From Spirochaetales bacterium (lineage in GTDB: Bacteria > Spirochaetota > Spirochaetia > JABEVK01): a stretch of DNA of 64,000 nt. Each line of letters begins with the position of its first letter. Within the stretch, counting starts at the first letter, position 1. A program made the position numbers and the translations under genes. Positions 37,596 through 45,365 of this stretch are shown here, in pieces. The notes below the pieces were generated by a model. That model searched no databases, was not told the DNA's origin, and was given only the letters and a program-made list of their open reading frames with translations. The stretch covers positions 463-64,462 of the forward strand of contig JBAXAI010000016.1 in NCBI GenBank assembly GCA_037142615.1. Reading direction: 5' to 3'.

Positions 37596-37607
37596 GAAAC
37601 CGGTTTC
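37596..37607. promoter_or_regulatory. LacI-type operator candidate, perfect palindrome GAAACCGGTTTC in the divergent GH130 / glycyl-radical-enzyme promoter region
   Basis: Identical 12-mer to 27974-27985. It lies 14 nt from the GH130 GTG start and 55 nt from the GRE ATG. Confidence 0.5.
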
Positions 37608-37618
37608 TCTTTTTCACG

Positions 37619-37652
37619 ATAAACCCTCGCGCTTCTGCTGGCAAGGGTTTAT
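37619..37652 (+). promoter_or_regulatory. 9-bp perfect inverted repeat in the glycyl-radical-enzyme leader
   Basis: ATAAACCCT (37619-37627), 16-nt spacer, AGGGTTTAT (37644-37652), ending 9 nt before ATG-37662. Confidence 0.4.
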
Positions 37653-37661
37653 GCTCAACGT

Positions 37662-39803
37662 ATGAACCGAGAGCTTTCTTACTTTCTGGAGTTCACCCGG
37701 GTGTACCGTTCGATCGACCCGCAGCGCCGGGGAGCCCGCGAGGCCGCGTGCTTGCGCGTGCAGCTTCCTCACATCCTTCAGCCCGTCGGCGACGAACTGA
37801 TCGCCGGCTTCATGGTGCACGGGTGCGTCGGGTTTAGCCCGCAGTACGGGGGCACCTACACCTACTACTACCACCCCGAACGGGTGGAGGCGGCCTTGGG
37901 TCAAGAGCCCTTCCCCACCCCCTCGGAATTGAGCGAGATCAAAATTGCTCAGGGGTTCTGGCTGGAGGAACAGACGGCCGCGAAGCACCGCCTGCGCTTT
38001 CGGGCCCTCGGTGGACCGGAGTTCCCGACTTCGTTCCGGGAGCCGGGCTTCGCGAACGCCGATGTTCGCGTCGCCGGCAGCACGGTCAACCTCGGCAAGC
38101 TACTTCGCCTGGGCATTCCCGGTTTGCGCGCCGAAGTCCGCGCGGTGGCGCCAGTCGATGCTCAGGCCCGGGAGTTTCTCGACGCCATCGAGGCCTCGCT
38201 CGACCTGCTGGCCTGGGCGTGCGAATGGTACGCCCGGGACTGCCGCGCTCAGGGCAAGCTTGAAATGGCGGCCGTGCTCGACAACCTGGCCGGGAAGGCG
38301 CCGACCACGTTCCGTGAGGCGTTGCAGCTTTTCTGGCTGTACGGCATCGTGTCCGACCTGATGAACTACGGCCGCCTCGACGACGCGCTGGGCGACTTCT
38401 ATGTGCGCGACCTCGAAGCCGGTTTGCTAACCGAAGAAGAGGCCCTGGCGCTGCTGGGCTCGGTGTGGCGCACCATGGCACGCATCGGCAAGATCCACGA
38501 CGCCCGTGTGGTCGTCGGAGGCGCGGGCCGACACCATCCGAAGAACGCCGACCGGTTGGCTCTGCTCATCCTGGAGACCTCGCGGCGGGCTCACGACGTG
38601 GTTCCACAACTCACCTTGCGACACCACCCCGACAACGACCCGTCCCTGATGAGCAAGGCCATGAACATGCTTTCCGAAGGCTTCTGTTACCCCCTTCTCT
38701 ACAGCGACCAGACCAATATTCCCGCCATTGCCACCGCCTACCACGTGAGCGAGGCCGAAGCGAGCCGTTACGTGCCTTTCGGCTGCGGCGAGTACATCCT
38801 CGAAGGACTGAGCACGGGCTCCCCGAACAACGGTGTGAACCTCCTTCTGGCCCTCGAGCAAACGCTGCATGGCGACCTGCAGGGCATCAAGACCTTCGAC
38901 GATCTGTTCGAACGCTACGCCCGGACGCTGGAGGCCCCGCTGACGTGGTTGGCCCGTCACAAGCGCCTCAACTACGACGTAGCCGGCGAAGAGGCCGATT
39001 TCCTGTTTCTCAGCCTGCTGACCGATGACTGCCTTGCCCGTGGTCGTGGGCTCCTGTCGGGCGGGGTGCAATACCTGTTCGCGAGTTCCGAGATCTTCGG
39101 CATGATCAGCTGCGCCGACAGCCTGAGCGCTCTCCGTCAACTGGTCTTCGAGGCCAAGACCCACACCTTGGCCGAAGTGGTGGGCCTGCTCGACCGCAAT
39201 TTCGATGGCGACCCGCGGATTCGGAAACCCTTCCTCAGGGCCCCCAAGTATGGCAACGACGACCCCCAGGCCGACACGATGGCCCAGCGGGTGTACGAGC
39301 ACGTCGCCCGAGCGACCATTGCGGCGGGCCGAGAAGCGGGCCTCGACGCGTATCTCATGGTCAGCGTGAATAACTCGATGAGCGCCGAGTGGGGCCAGTA
39401 CTGCGGAGCTTCGGCCTGCGGACGCTTGAGGGGAAGCCCGCTTGCCAACGCCAACGGCGCTTCGTTGGGAGCCGACACCAATGGTCTGACGGCCCTGCTG
39501 AACTCCATGGCCGGCTTTGACCATACCCTGCACGCGGGAGTGATCAACAACGTGCGGCTAAGCAAGGAGCTGTTCCGCTCGTCACTGACGAAGGTTCAGG
39601 CGGTGTTTGAGGCCTTTCTCGGGAACAACGGGTCGCAGGTCAACCTCAGCAGTGTCGGAGCCGACGACCTGCAGGCCGCGCTGGAGAACCCGGAAAACTA
39701 CGCCAACCTCATTGTGCGCATCGGCGGCTTCAGTGCGCGTTTCGTCGAGCTCAGCCCCGTCGTCCAGCAGGAAATCGTGGCAAGGACCACTTACCTTGCC
39801 TGA
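37662..39803 (+). CDS. glycyl radical enzyme (PFL-like fold), uncharacterised subtype, 713 aa
   Basis: C-terminal glycyl-radical motif NLIVRIGGFSARFVELS. Cys loop YVPFGCGEYILEG (C-x-E, as in eliminase-type GREs). Confidence 0.85.
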   Translation: MNRELSYFLEFTRVYRSIDPQRRGAREAACLRVQLPHILQPVGDELIAGFMVHGCVGFSPQYGGTYTYYYHPERVEAALGQEPFPTPSELSEIKIAQGFWLEEQTAAKHRLRFRALGGPEFPTSFREPGFANADVRVAGSTVNLGKLLRLGIPGLRAEVRAVAPVDAQAREFLDAIEASLDLLAWACEWYARDCRAQGKLEMAAVLDNLAGKAPTTFREALQLFWLYGIVSDLMNYGRLDDALGDFYVRDLEAGLLTEEEALALLGSVWRTMARIGKIHDARVVVGGAGRHHPKNADRLALLILETSRRAHDVVPQLTLRHHPDNDPSLMSKAMNMLSEGFCYPLLYSDQTNIPAIATAYHVSEAEASRYVPFGCGEYILEGLSTGSPNNGVNLLLALEQTLHGDLQGIKTFDDLFERYARTLEAPLTWLARHKRLNYDVAGEEADFLFLSLLTDDCLARGRGLLSGGVQYLFASSEIFGMISCADSLSALRQLVFEAKTHTLAEVVGLLDRNFDGDPRIRKPFLRAPKYGNDDPQADTMAQRVYEHVARATIAAGREAGLDAYLMVSVNNSMSAEWGQYCGASACGRLRGSPLANANGASLGADTNGLTALLNSMAGFDHTLHAGVINNVRLSKELFRSSLTKVQAVFEAFLGNNGSQVNLSSVGADDLQAALENPENYANLIVRIGGFSARFVELSPVVQQEIVARTTYLA

Positions 39804-40623
39804 ACTGCGGGCCCGGATCTTCGACGTCCAGCGCTTCAGCCTGAACGACGGCCCGGGTGTTCGCACGACGATCTTCTTTCAGGGTTGCAACTTGCGCTGC
39901 GCGTGGTGCCACAATCCCGAGTCGATGAGTCCGACCCCGCAGCTGGGCTACTTTGCCGACCTCTGTGTGCACTGCGGGGCGTGCCACGACGTGTGTCCGG
40001 AGGGCGTTCACACCGTGGGCCCGGGCTCCCATACGCTGGATCGAAGCCGCTGTAGCGCTTGCGGCCGCTGCGTTGAGGCCTGTCCGGCCTCGGCGTTGAA
40101 GATCTTTGGCCGCGAGGCCACCGTCGACGAACTGTTCGACTTGGCCCTCCGCGACCGCGCGTACTACGGTCCGTCGGGCGGCGGGGTAACCTTCTCTGGC
40201 GGTGAAGCCAGCCTCCAGCACGAGTTTGTCGTGGAGCTGGCCACCCGGCTGCGTCACGAGGGCCTTTCCACGGCGCTCGAAACCCACGGGGTCGTGGCGT
40301 CCAGCGTGCTGAAATCCCTGCTTCCGGTCATCGGACTGTTTCTGGTCGATTGGAAGGTGAGCGACGAAGCCACCGCTTTGCGCTACACCGGTGGGGTTCC
40401 TTCGGCTGTCGAGAGGACGCTCCGACTGCTTCAGGAGGCCGGGGCGCGGGTCCACCTTCGCTGCCCCATCATCCCGGGGGTGAACGACAGCGCCGCACAC
40501 CGGGCCGTGATCGCCGGCTTAGCCAAGCGCTTCTCGTGCATCGAGCAAACCGAGGAACTGCCGTACCACCGGTGGGGAAACCGCAAGTGGGCGGCTCTGG
40601 GCCGGGAGGAACCATGCTTTTGA
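39796..40623 (+). CDS. glycyl-radical enzyme activating enzyme (radical SAM)
   Basis: FFQGCNLRCAWCHNPES (CxxxCxxC) plus ferredoxin-like CVHCGACHDVCPEG and CSACGRCVEACPAS. The start is uncertain: TTG-39796 overlaps the GRE stop, and the ORF-track start at 39607 lies inside the GRE gene. Confidence 0.8.
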   Translation: MPELRARIFDVQRFSLNDGPGVRTTIFFQGCNLRCAWCHNPESMSPTPQLGYFADLCVHCGACHDVCPEGVHTVGPGSHTLDRSRCSACGRCVEACPASALKIFGREATVDELFDLALRDRAYYGPSGGGVTFSGGEASLQHEFVVELATRLRHEGLSTALETHGVVASSVLKSLLPVIGLFLVDWKVSDEATALRYTGGVPSAVERTLRLLQEAGARVHLRCPIIPGVNDSAAHRAVIAGLAKRFSCIEQTEELPYHRWGNRKWAALGREEPCF

Positions 40624-41546
40624 CCGGAACGTTTCTGGATGAGATCAGCCACGACATCCCACACCAGAACTGGGGTCCGCGCGAGTGGGACGCCGATTTT
40701 GGGCACATGAAAGCGGCGGGCCTCGACACGGTGATTGTGATCCGCTGCGGGTACCGGCGCGCCCTCACCTACCCCTCGCCCTACCTGCTGCGCCAAGGCT
40801 GCCACGAGCCCGAAGTCGACTTGATCGAGCTTTTTCTGACGCTTGCCGAAAAGCACGGCCTGAACTTCTACTTCGGCCTCTACGACAGCGGCCGCGCCTG
40901 GGACACGGGCGACCTCTCGAATGAGGCCGACGTCAACGCGTTCGTGACCGAGGAGGCTTGGGAGCGCTACGGTCACCATCGGGCCTTTCGCGGTTGGTAC
41001 CTCAGCGCCGAGATCAGCCGCAACACTCCCGGGGCGGTGCGGGCGCTCAACCTCATGGGCACCCGGTGCAAGCAGGTGAGCGGCGGGCTCCCGGTCTTCC
41101 TGTCGCCGTGGATGGACGGGAGCAAGGCCGTTCCCGCCGCGAGTGCCGTGCTCCGCAAGGAAGGAATACAACTGGAGGTGCATGAGCGGGAGTGGGACGA
41201 GATTTTGGGGGGCCTAGCGGGCGCCGTGGACGCGGTGGCGTTTCAGGACGGCCACGTCGACGACGTCGAGCTCGAAAGCTTCTTGCGGACGAACAAGAAA
41301 CTGGCCGACCGCTACGGGCTGCAGTGCTGGACGAATGCCGAGTCCTTCGACCGCGACATGCCCATCAAGTTCCTGCCCATCAAGTGGGAAAAGCTTCGCC
41401 GAAAGCTGGAGGCCGCTGGCCGAGCGGGCTACGACAAGGCCATCACGTTCGAGTTTTCCCACTTCCTCAGCCCGCAGTCCGCCTACGTGCAGGCCCATCA
41501 TTTGTACAACCGCTATCAGGAGTACCGCGCCCGTAGGCTGGGCTAG
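40614..41546 (+). CDS. DUF4434-like TIM-barrel (glycoside-hydrolase-like) protein
   Basis: GGAGG before ATG-40614, overlapping the activase stop. LTGTFLDEISHDIPHQNWGPREWDADFGHMKAAGLDTVIV resembles the DUF4434 N-terminus. The assignment is tentative. Confidence 0.5.
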   Translation: MLLTGTFLDEISHDIPHQNWGPREWDADFGHMKAAGLDTVIVIRCGYRRALTYPSPYLLRQGCHEPEVDLIELFLTLAEKHGLNFYFGLYDSGRAWDTGDLSNEADVNAFVTEEAWERYGHHRAFRGWYLSAEISRNTPGAVRALNLMGTRCKQVSGGLPVFLSPWMDGSKAVPAASAVLRKEGIQLEVHEREWDEILGGLAGAVDAVAFQDGHVDDVELESFLRTNKKLADRYGLQCWTNAESFDRDMPIKFLPIKWEKLRRKLEAAGRAGYDKAITFEFSHFLSPQSAYVQAHHLYNRYQEYRARRLG

Positions 41547-41708
41547 ACGAGGCGGAGCGTCGCGGCGCTGGTGGTGTTACACAGGCACCTGGCCGTCAGG
41601 AAACGCCTTCTCCACGGTCGCGGGCACGGTCGCGACGCTGTCCGTAAGCTGGGGAGCGGTGTGGTCCCCCAGTTGGTTGTAGGCCTGGTTGGTCAGCAGG
41701 ACCAGCGA

Positions 41709-42815
41709 CTAGTCCAACCACCCCTCGACGAGCCCCAGCGGCAGCGCTGCCGGTCGTTTGGGCTTGCTGTGGATGCGAACCGCGCGTCCGGTTTTCGACG
41801 AAGTTTCGAAGGCCAACATCACTTCGAGCGCGTGGTAGGCCAGCTCGCCGCTGGCCCGGTGCGGCCGGTTGCCCACAATGGCGTGCGCCAAGTCGGCAGC
41901 GCCGATGGAGCGCATGTTGTCAGCGTAGTTGTGGCTCAGGCCGACGTCGTTCCACTCGCGCTTGCCGGCGTTCGTCGCCAGGCGCACAGGACCCCCAAAG
42001 TTGTTGGGGTCGGGCAGTTCCAGGCTCCCAAGCGTGCCGTATAGTTCCAGCGGTTTGTGCTGGTGCGCCTGCACGTCGAAGCTGATGGCGACGTTCACGA
42101 TAGCTCCGGAATGGAACTTGAGCACGCCGGCCTGGTGGGTGGGCACGTTGACTTGGATGGTCTCGCCGTAGTGTTCCTGGCTGGTGATGAGCCGGGTCTC
42201 GCGGCCCTTGGTCACGAAACCGCTTACCTGGGCAACGGGCCCCAGGGTATTGATCAATGCCGTCACGTAGTAAGGCCCCAGGTCAAGCATCGGTCCGCCA
42301 CCGGGCTGAAAGAAGAAGTCGGGATTCGGGTGCCAACTTTCCATCCCGCTGCCCAGGAAGAAGGCGGTTCCCCCGAACACTTTGCCGATCCAGCCGTCGT
42401 CGATCACTTTGCGGGCCGTCTGCAGGCCGGCGCCGAGGAAGGTGTCGGGGGCGCAGCCGACCAGGAGGCCTTTTTCCTTAGCCAGCGCCAGGATGGCCTG
42501 CCCGTCGGCCAGATTGGTCGCCAGCGGCTTTTCGCTGTGCACGTGCTTGCCGGCCTTCAGCGCGGCCAGCGAGACCTTGGCATGCTCGTTGGGGGGCGTC
42601 AGGTTGATGATGAGGTCGATGTCTTTGCGGGCGAACAGTTCGGACGGGGTGTAGGCCACGGTTCCGTACTCTTTGGCTTTTTCGGCCGAGCGCTCGGCGA
42701 TCAGATCGGTGCAGCCTGCGATTTCGAGAATGTTGAACTTCTTGGCGGCGTTGAAGTAGGAGGGGCTGATATTGCCGCACCCGACGATGCCGATCCTGAC
42801 TTTCTTCGGGCTCAT
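41709..42815 (-). CDS. Gfo/Idh/MocA-family NAD(P)-dependent oxidoreductase
   Basis: N-terminal Rossmann motif VRIGIVGCGNISPSYF. 368 aa. The ATG overlaps the upstream gene's stop. Confidence 0.9.
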   Translation of the reverse strand: MSPKKVRIGIVGCGNISPSYFNAAKKFNILEIAGCTDLIAERSAEKAKEYGTVAYTPSELFARKDIDLIINLTPPNEHAKVSLAALKAGKHVHSEKPLATNLADGQAILALAKEKGLLVGCAPDTFLGAGLQTARKVIDDGWIGKVFGGTAFFLGSGMESWHPNPDFFFQPGGGPMLDLGPYYVTALINTLGPVAQVSGFVTKGRETRLITSQEHYGETIQVNVPTHQAGVLKFHSGAIVNVAISFDVQAHQHKPLELYGTLGSLELPDPNNFGGPVRLATNAGKREWNDVGLSHNYADNMRSIGAADLAHAIVGNRPHRASGELAYHALEVMLAFETSSKTGRAVRIHSKPKRPAALPLGLVEGWLD

Positions 42816-43609
42816 AGAATGCCCTTGAGGTAGGTGTAGCTCTGCGCGATGGCCTTCATGATGTCGCCCTCGTAGCTGTCGATCTCGACCACGCCGAGCT
42901 CCATGAACTTGGCAGCCTTGGCCACGGCCACGAGGTCGATGTCGCCAGTGCCGGCGGGCAGGAAGGGCTTGTCGCTGCTAACCATGATCTTGCCGCTCGA
43001 CGTGATGGCCTCGGTGAACACGCCCTTTTTGCCGATGCGGCCGTCTTTCAGGTGGATGAGCTTGCCGCGCTTGCCGATTTCGGTGACAAACTCCACGGGG
43101 TCGCGGCCGCCGAACTTCACCCAGAACACGTCGGCCTCCCACAACACCGTGTCGGGAGTGTTTTCGAGGAACCAGCGGTAAGCGGGCTTGCCAGCCAGCT
43201 CGTTCATTTCCCAGTCGTGGTTGTGGTAGCCCACCTGCATGCCAAACCGTGCGGCGAACTCGGCGGCTTCACTGTAGAGGGCGGCGGCAGCCTTAATGGT
43301 GTCGACGCTGACAAAGTCTTCTTTGAACTTGGGCGACACGCCGGTCACGATGTACTTGGTACCGACTTTCTGCGCGTCCTCGATGATCTTGTTGCGGTCG
43401 GGACCGATGGGAAGGACGCCGTGGCACGAAGTGGCCGTGAGCCCCAATTCGCCAAAGAGCACCTTCGCCTTGTCAACGCTCGACCCGGGAAAACCGGCGG
43501 TTTCGACGCAAGTGAAGCCCATGGCGGCAATGGCGCGGATGGTCTTTTCGTAGTCGGCGGCGGCGTGGTCGCGCACGCTGTACAGCTGAACACTGATGGT
43601 TGGTTTCAT
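42812..43609 (-). CDS. sugar phosphate isomerase/epimerase (xylose-isomerase-like TIM barrel)
   Basis: Trimmed to ATG-43609 (AGGAG 5 nt upstream). MKPTISVQLYSVRD... and the HNHDWE metal-site-like motif. Confidence 0.8.
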   Translation of the reverse strand: MKPTISVQLYSVRDHAAADYEKTIRAIAAMGFTCVETAGFPGSSVDKAKVLFGELGLTATSCHGVLPIGPDRNKIIEDAQKVGTKYIVTGVSPKFKEDFVSVDTIKAAAALYSEAAEFAARFGMQVGYHNHDWEMNELAGKPAYRWFLENTPDTVLWEADVFWVKFGGRDPVEFVTEIGKRGKLIHLKDGRIGKKGVFTEAITSSGKIMVSSDKPFLPAGTGDIDLVAVAKAAKFMELGVVEIDSYEGDIMKAIAQSYTYLKGIL

Positions 43610-43716
43610 TCGTTGCTCCTCATGATGAAGGCATTGTGGCCCGGACAGCGCCGGTTGGCAATTCGGCAATCCTCTGTTGTATTGCACTTTTCTCTACTCC
43701 GTCGCACAATGCTGTG

Positions 43717-44499
43717 ATGAGTCTCCTGAGCCATGTTGTTGCGCTGGAACATGTGCAGTTCTACCGCGCCCCCGTCGGTCAACCGACCCCCCACCCCATC
43801 GACAAAGGTCAAGAACTGGTCGAACTCCTTACCGACGGAAAGGTCGACTTCTGGGTGGGCGACCAACGCCTGACCTTTGGCCGCGGTACCATGTTTTGGC
43901 ATCGGCACGGCCAGCAGACCATCTACTTGAACCATGAAAATGACCCCTACCAGTGTCTCGTTGTCATCTTTTCGGTACGTGGCGAACCCCTGTGGCTTCC
44001 GCCGAGGGTGAGCCGGTGGAAAGACGTCGAAGGGTCGCAGGCTTTTGTGCGACTGATGCTCGACCTCACGCCCGATAAGCTCTTCCACCGCGAGTTTCAC
44101 GGTCAACAGGCGTACTCTCAGCTTCTCACCGAGGCCCGGCGGTCTGCCACCAACGATCTGCTGACCCAACCATGGCCAAAACCTCTTGCCCAAGCTGTGG
44201 AGTTTCTGGAAGCCCACTTTGCAGAACCCATCGGTCTGGAAGAAGTCGCCGCGTGGGCAGGGATCAGCGTTCCGTGGTTGCACAGCCTGTTTGACAAGCA
44301 CCTTCACCGGTCGCCGCACCGGATGATCCTCGATCGACGACTCAAGCGGGCCCGCGAGTTGCTGCTGGAGTCCGAAGAGCCGCTCAAACGCATCGCCTCG
44401 CTCTCGGGGCTCGGCTCGCCGCAGTACTTCAACCGGGTGTTTGTCCGTGAAGTCGGGATGACGCCGCAAAGCTTCCGCCGGGCCTACCGGCGAACGTAG
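43717..44499 (+). CDS. AraC-family transcriptional regulator (cupin-like N-domain + HTH)
   Basis: Trimmed to ATG-43717. C-terminal dual HTH: LEEVAAWAGISVPWLHSLF...LKRIASLSGLGSPQYFNRVFVREVGMTPQSFR. Confidence 0.85.
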   Translation: MSLLSHVVALEHVQFYRAPVGQPTPHPIDKGQELVELLTDGKVDFWVGDQRLTFGRGTMFWHRHGQQTIYLNHENDPYQCLVVIFSVRGEPLWLPPRVSRWKDVEGSQAFVRLMLDLTPDKLFHREFHGQQAYSQLLTEARRSATNDLLTQPWPKPLAQAVEFLEAHFAEPIGLEEVAAWAGISVPWLHSLFDKHLHRSPHRMILDRRLKRARELLLESEEPLKRIASLSGLGSPQYFNRVFVREVGMTPQSFRRAYRRT

Positions 44500-44519
44500 C
44501 GACAAGCTATACTGGTTCC

Positions 44520-45365
44520 ATGCTTAATCGGTCTTTCTTCCGTGTTCTGGTCGCCTTCGGTGGCTTAGTCTTGCTGGCGTTGGCGCCCCCGGTTGCCGCC
44601 GAAGTTCCCACTCTGGTGGTGCGCTTCCTGGATGTGGGTCAGGCCGATTCGCTGGTGTTGCAGCAGGGCACCCACGCGCTGCTCATCGATGCCGGCAACA
44701 ACGCCGACCAAAAGACAGTCTTGGGGGAACTCGACAAATTGGGCCTGAAGCGCCTCGACGCGGTGATCGGTACCCACGCCCACGAAGACCATATCGGTGC
44801 CATGGACGCGGTGATCAAGACGCGCGAGATCGGCACCGTCTACTTTCCACGTCAAACGGCCACCACCAAGACCTTTCGCGACTTTGCTACGGCGGTGAAA
44901 GCCAAAAACCTCAAGCTGACGGCGCCCAAACCCGGCGAAAGCTTCGAGCTCGGCCTGGCACACGTGGAGTTCCTCGCCCCGGCGAGGCTGGACTACGAGG
45001 ACCCCAATGAGTTTTCGATCGTCGTCCGGGTCACGTTTGGCAAGACGTCGTTTGTGCTCACCGGCGACGCCAGCTTCGAGTCGGAAGGCGAAATGCTGGC
45101 CTCGGGACGGAACTTGTCGGCGACGGTGCTCAAGGTAGGCCATCACGGGAGCGCCACAGCCAGCTCGGCGGCTTTTTTGGCGGCGGTCCACCCGGCGTTC
45201 GCGGTGATCTCGGTAGGCGCCGACAACAAGTACGGGCATCCTACTTCCGAAGCTTTGGGGCGCCTCAAGGCGGCCGGGGCCACCGTCTACCGGACCGACC
45301 AGCGGGGCCTGGTGACGGCGACCAGCGATGGAGCTACGGTGAGCTGGAGCTTCGAGCGCTCGTAA
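44520..45365 (+). CDS. secreted metallo-beta-lactamase-fold hydrolase (ComEC C-terminal-domain-like)
   Basis: Signal peptide. HxHxDH motif VIGTHAHEDHIG and LKVGHHGS, as in ComEC-type MBL domains. No channel or TM domain is present. Confidence 0.8.
   Translation: MLNRSFFRVLVAFGGLVLLALAPPVAAEVPTLVVRFLDVGQADSLVLQQGTHALLIDAGNNADQKTVLGELDKLGLKRLDAVIGTHAHEDHIGAMDAVIKTREIGTVYFPRQTATTKTFRDFATAVKAKNLKLTAPKPGESFELGLAHVEFLAPARLDYEDPNEFSIVVRVTFGKTSFVLTGDASFESEGEMLASGRNLSATVLKVGHHGSATASSAAFLAAVHPAFAVISVGADNKYGHPTSEALGRLKAAGATVYRTDQRGLVTATSDGATVSWSFERS

Noticed and set aside
41571-42044. The 157-aa plus-strand ORF spanning the convergent gap and the 3' end of the Gfo/Idh/MocA gene.
   Set aside because: It is antisense to a confidently assigned oxidoreductase over most of its length, it is Arg/Gly/Val-rich, and it has no RBS.
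44520-45365. The MBL protein as a ComEC DNA-uptake channel, or as evidence of a competence or mobile module together with DUF3006.
   Set aside because: Only the C-terminal MBL-type domain with a signal peptide is present, with no competence-channel TM region. DUF3006 is separated from it by the 3.7-kb cyclase gene on the other strand.
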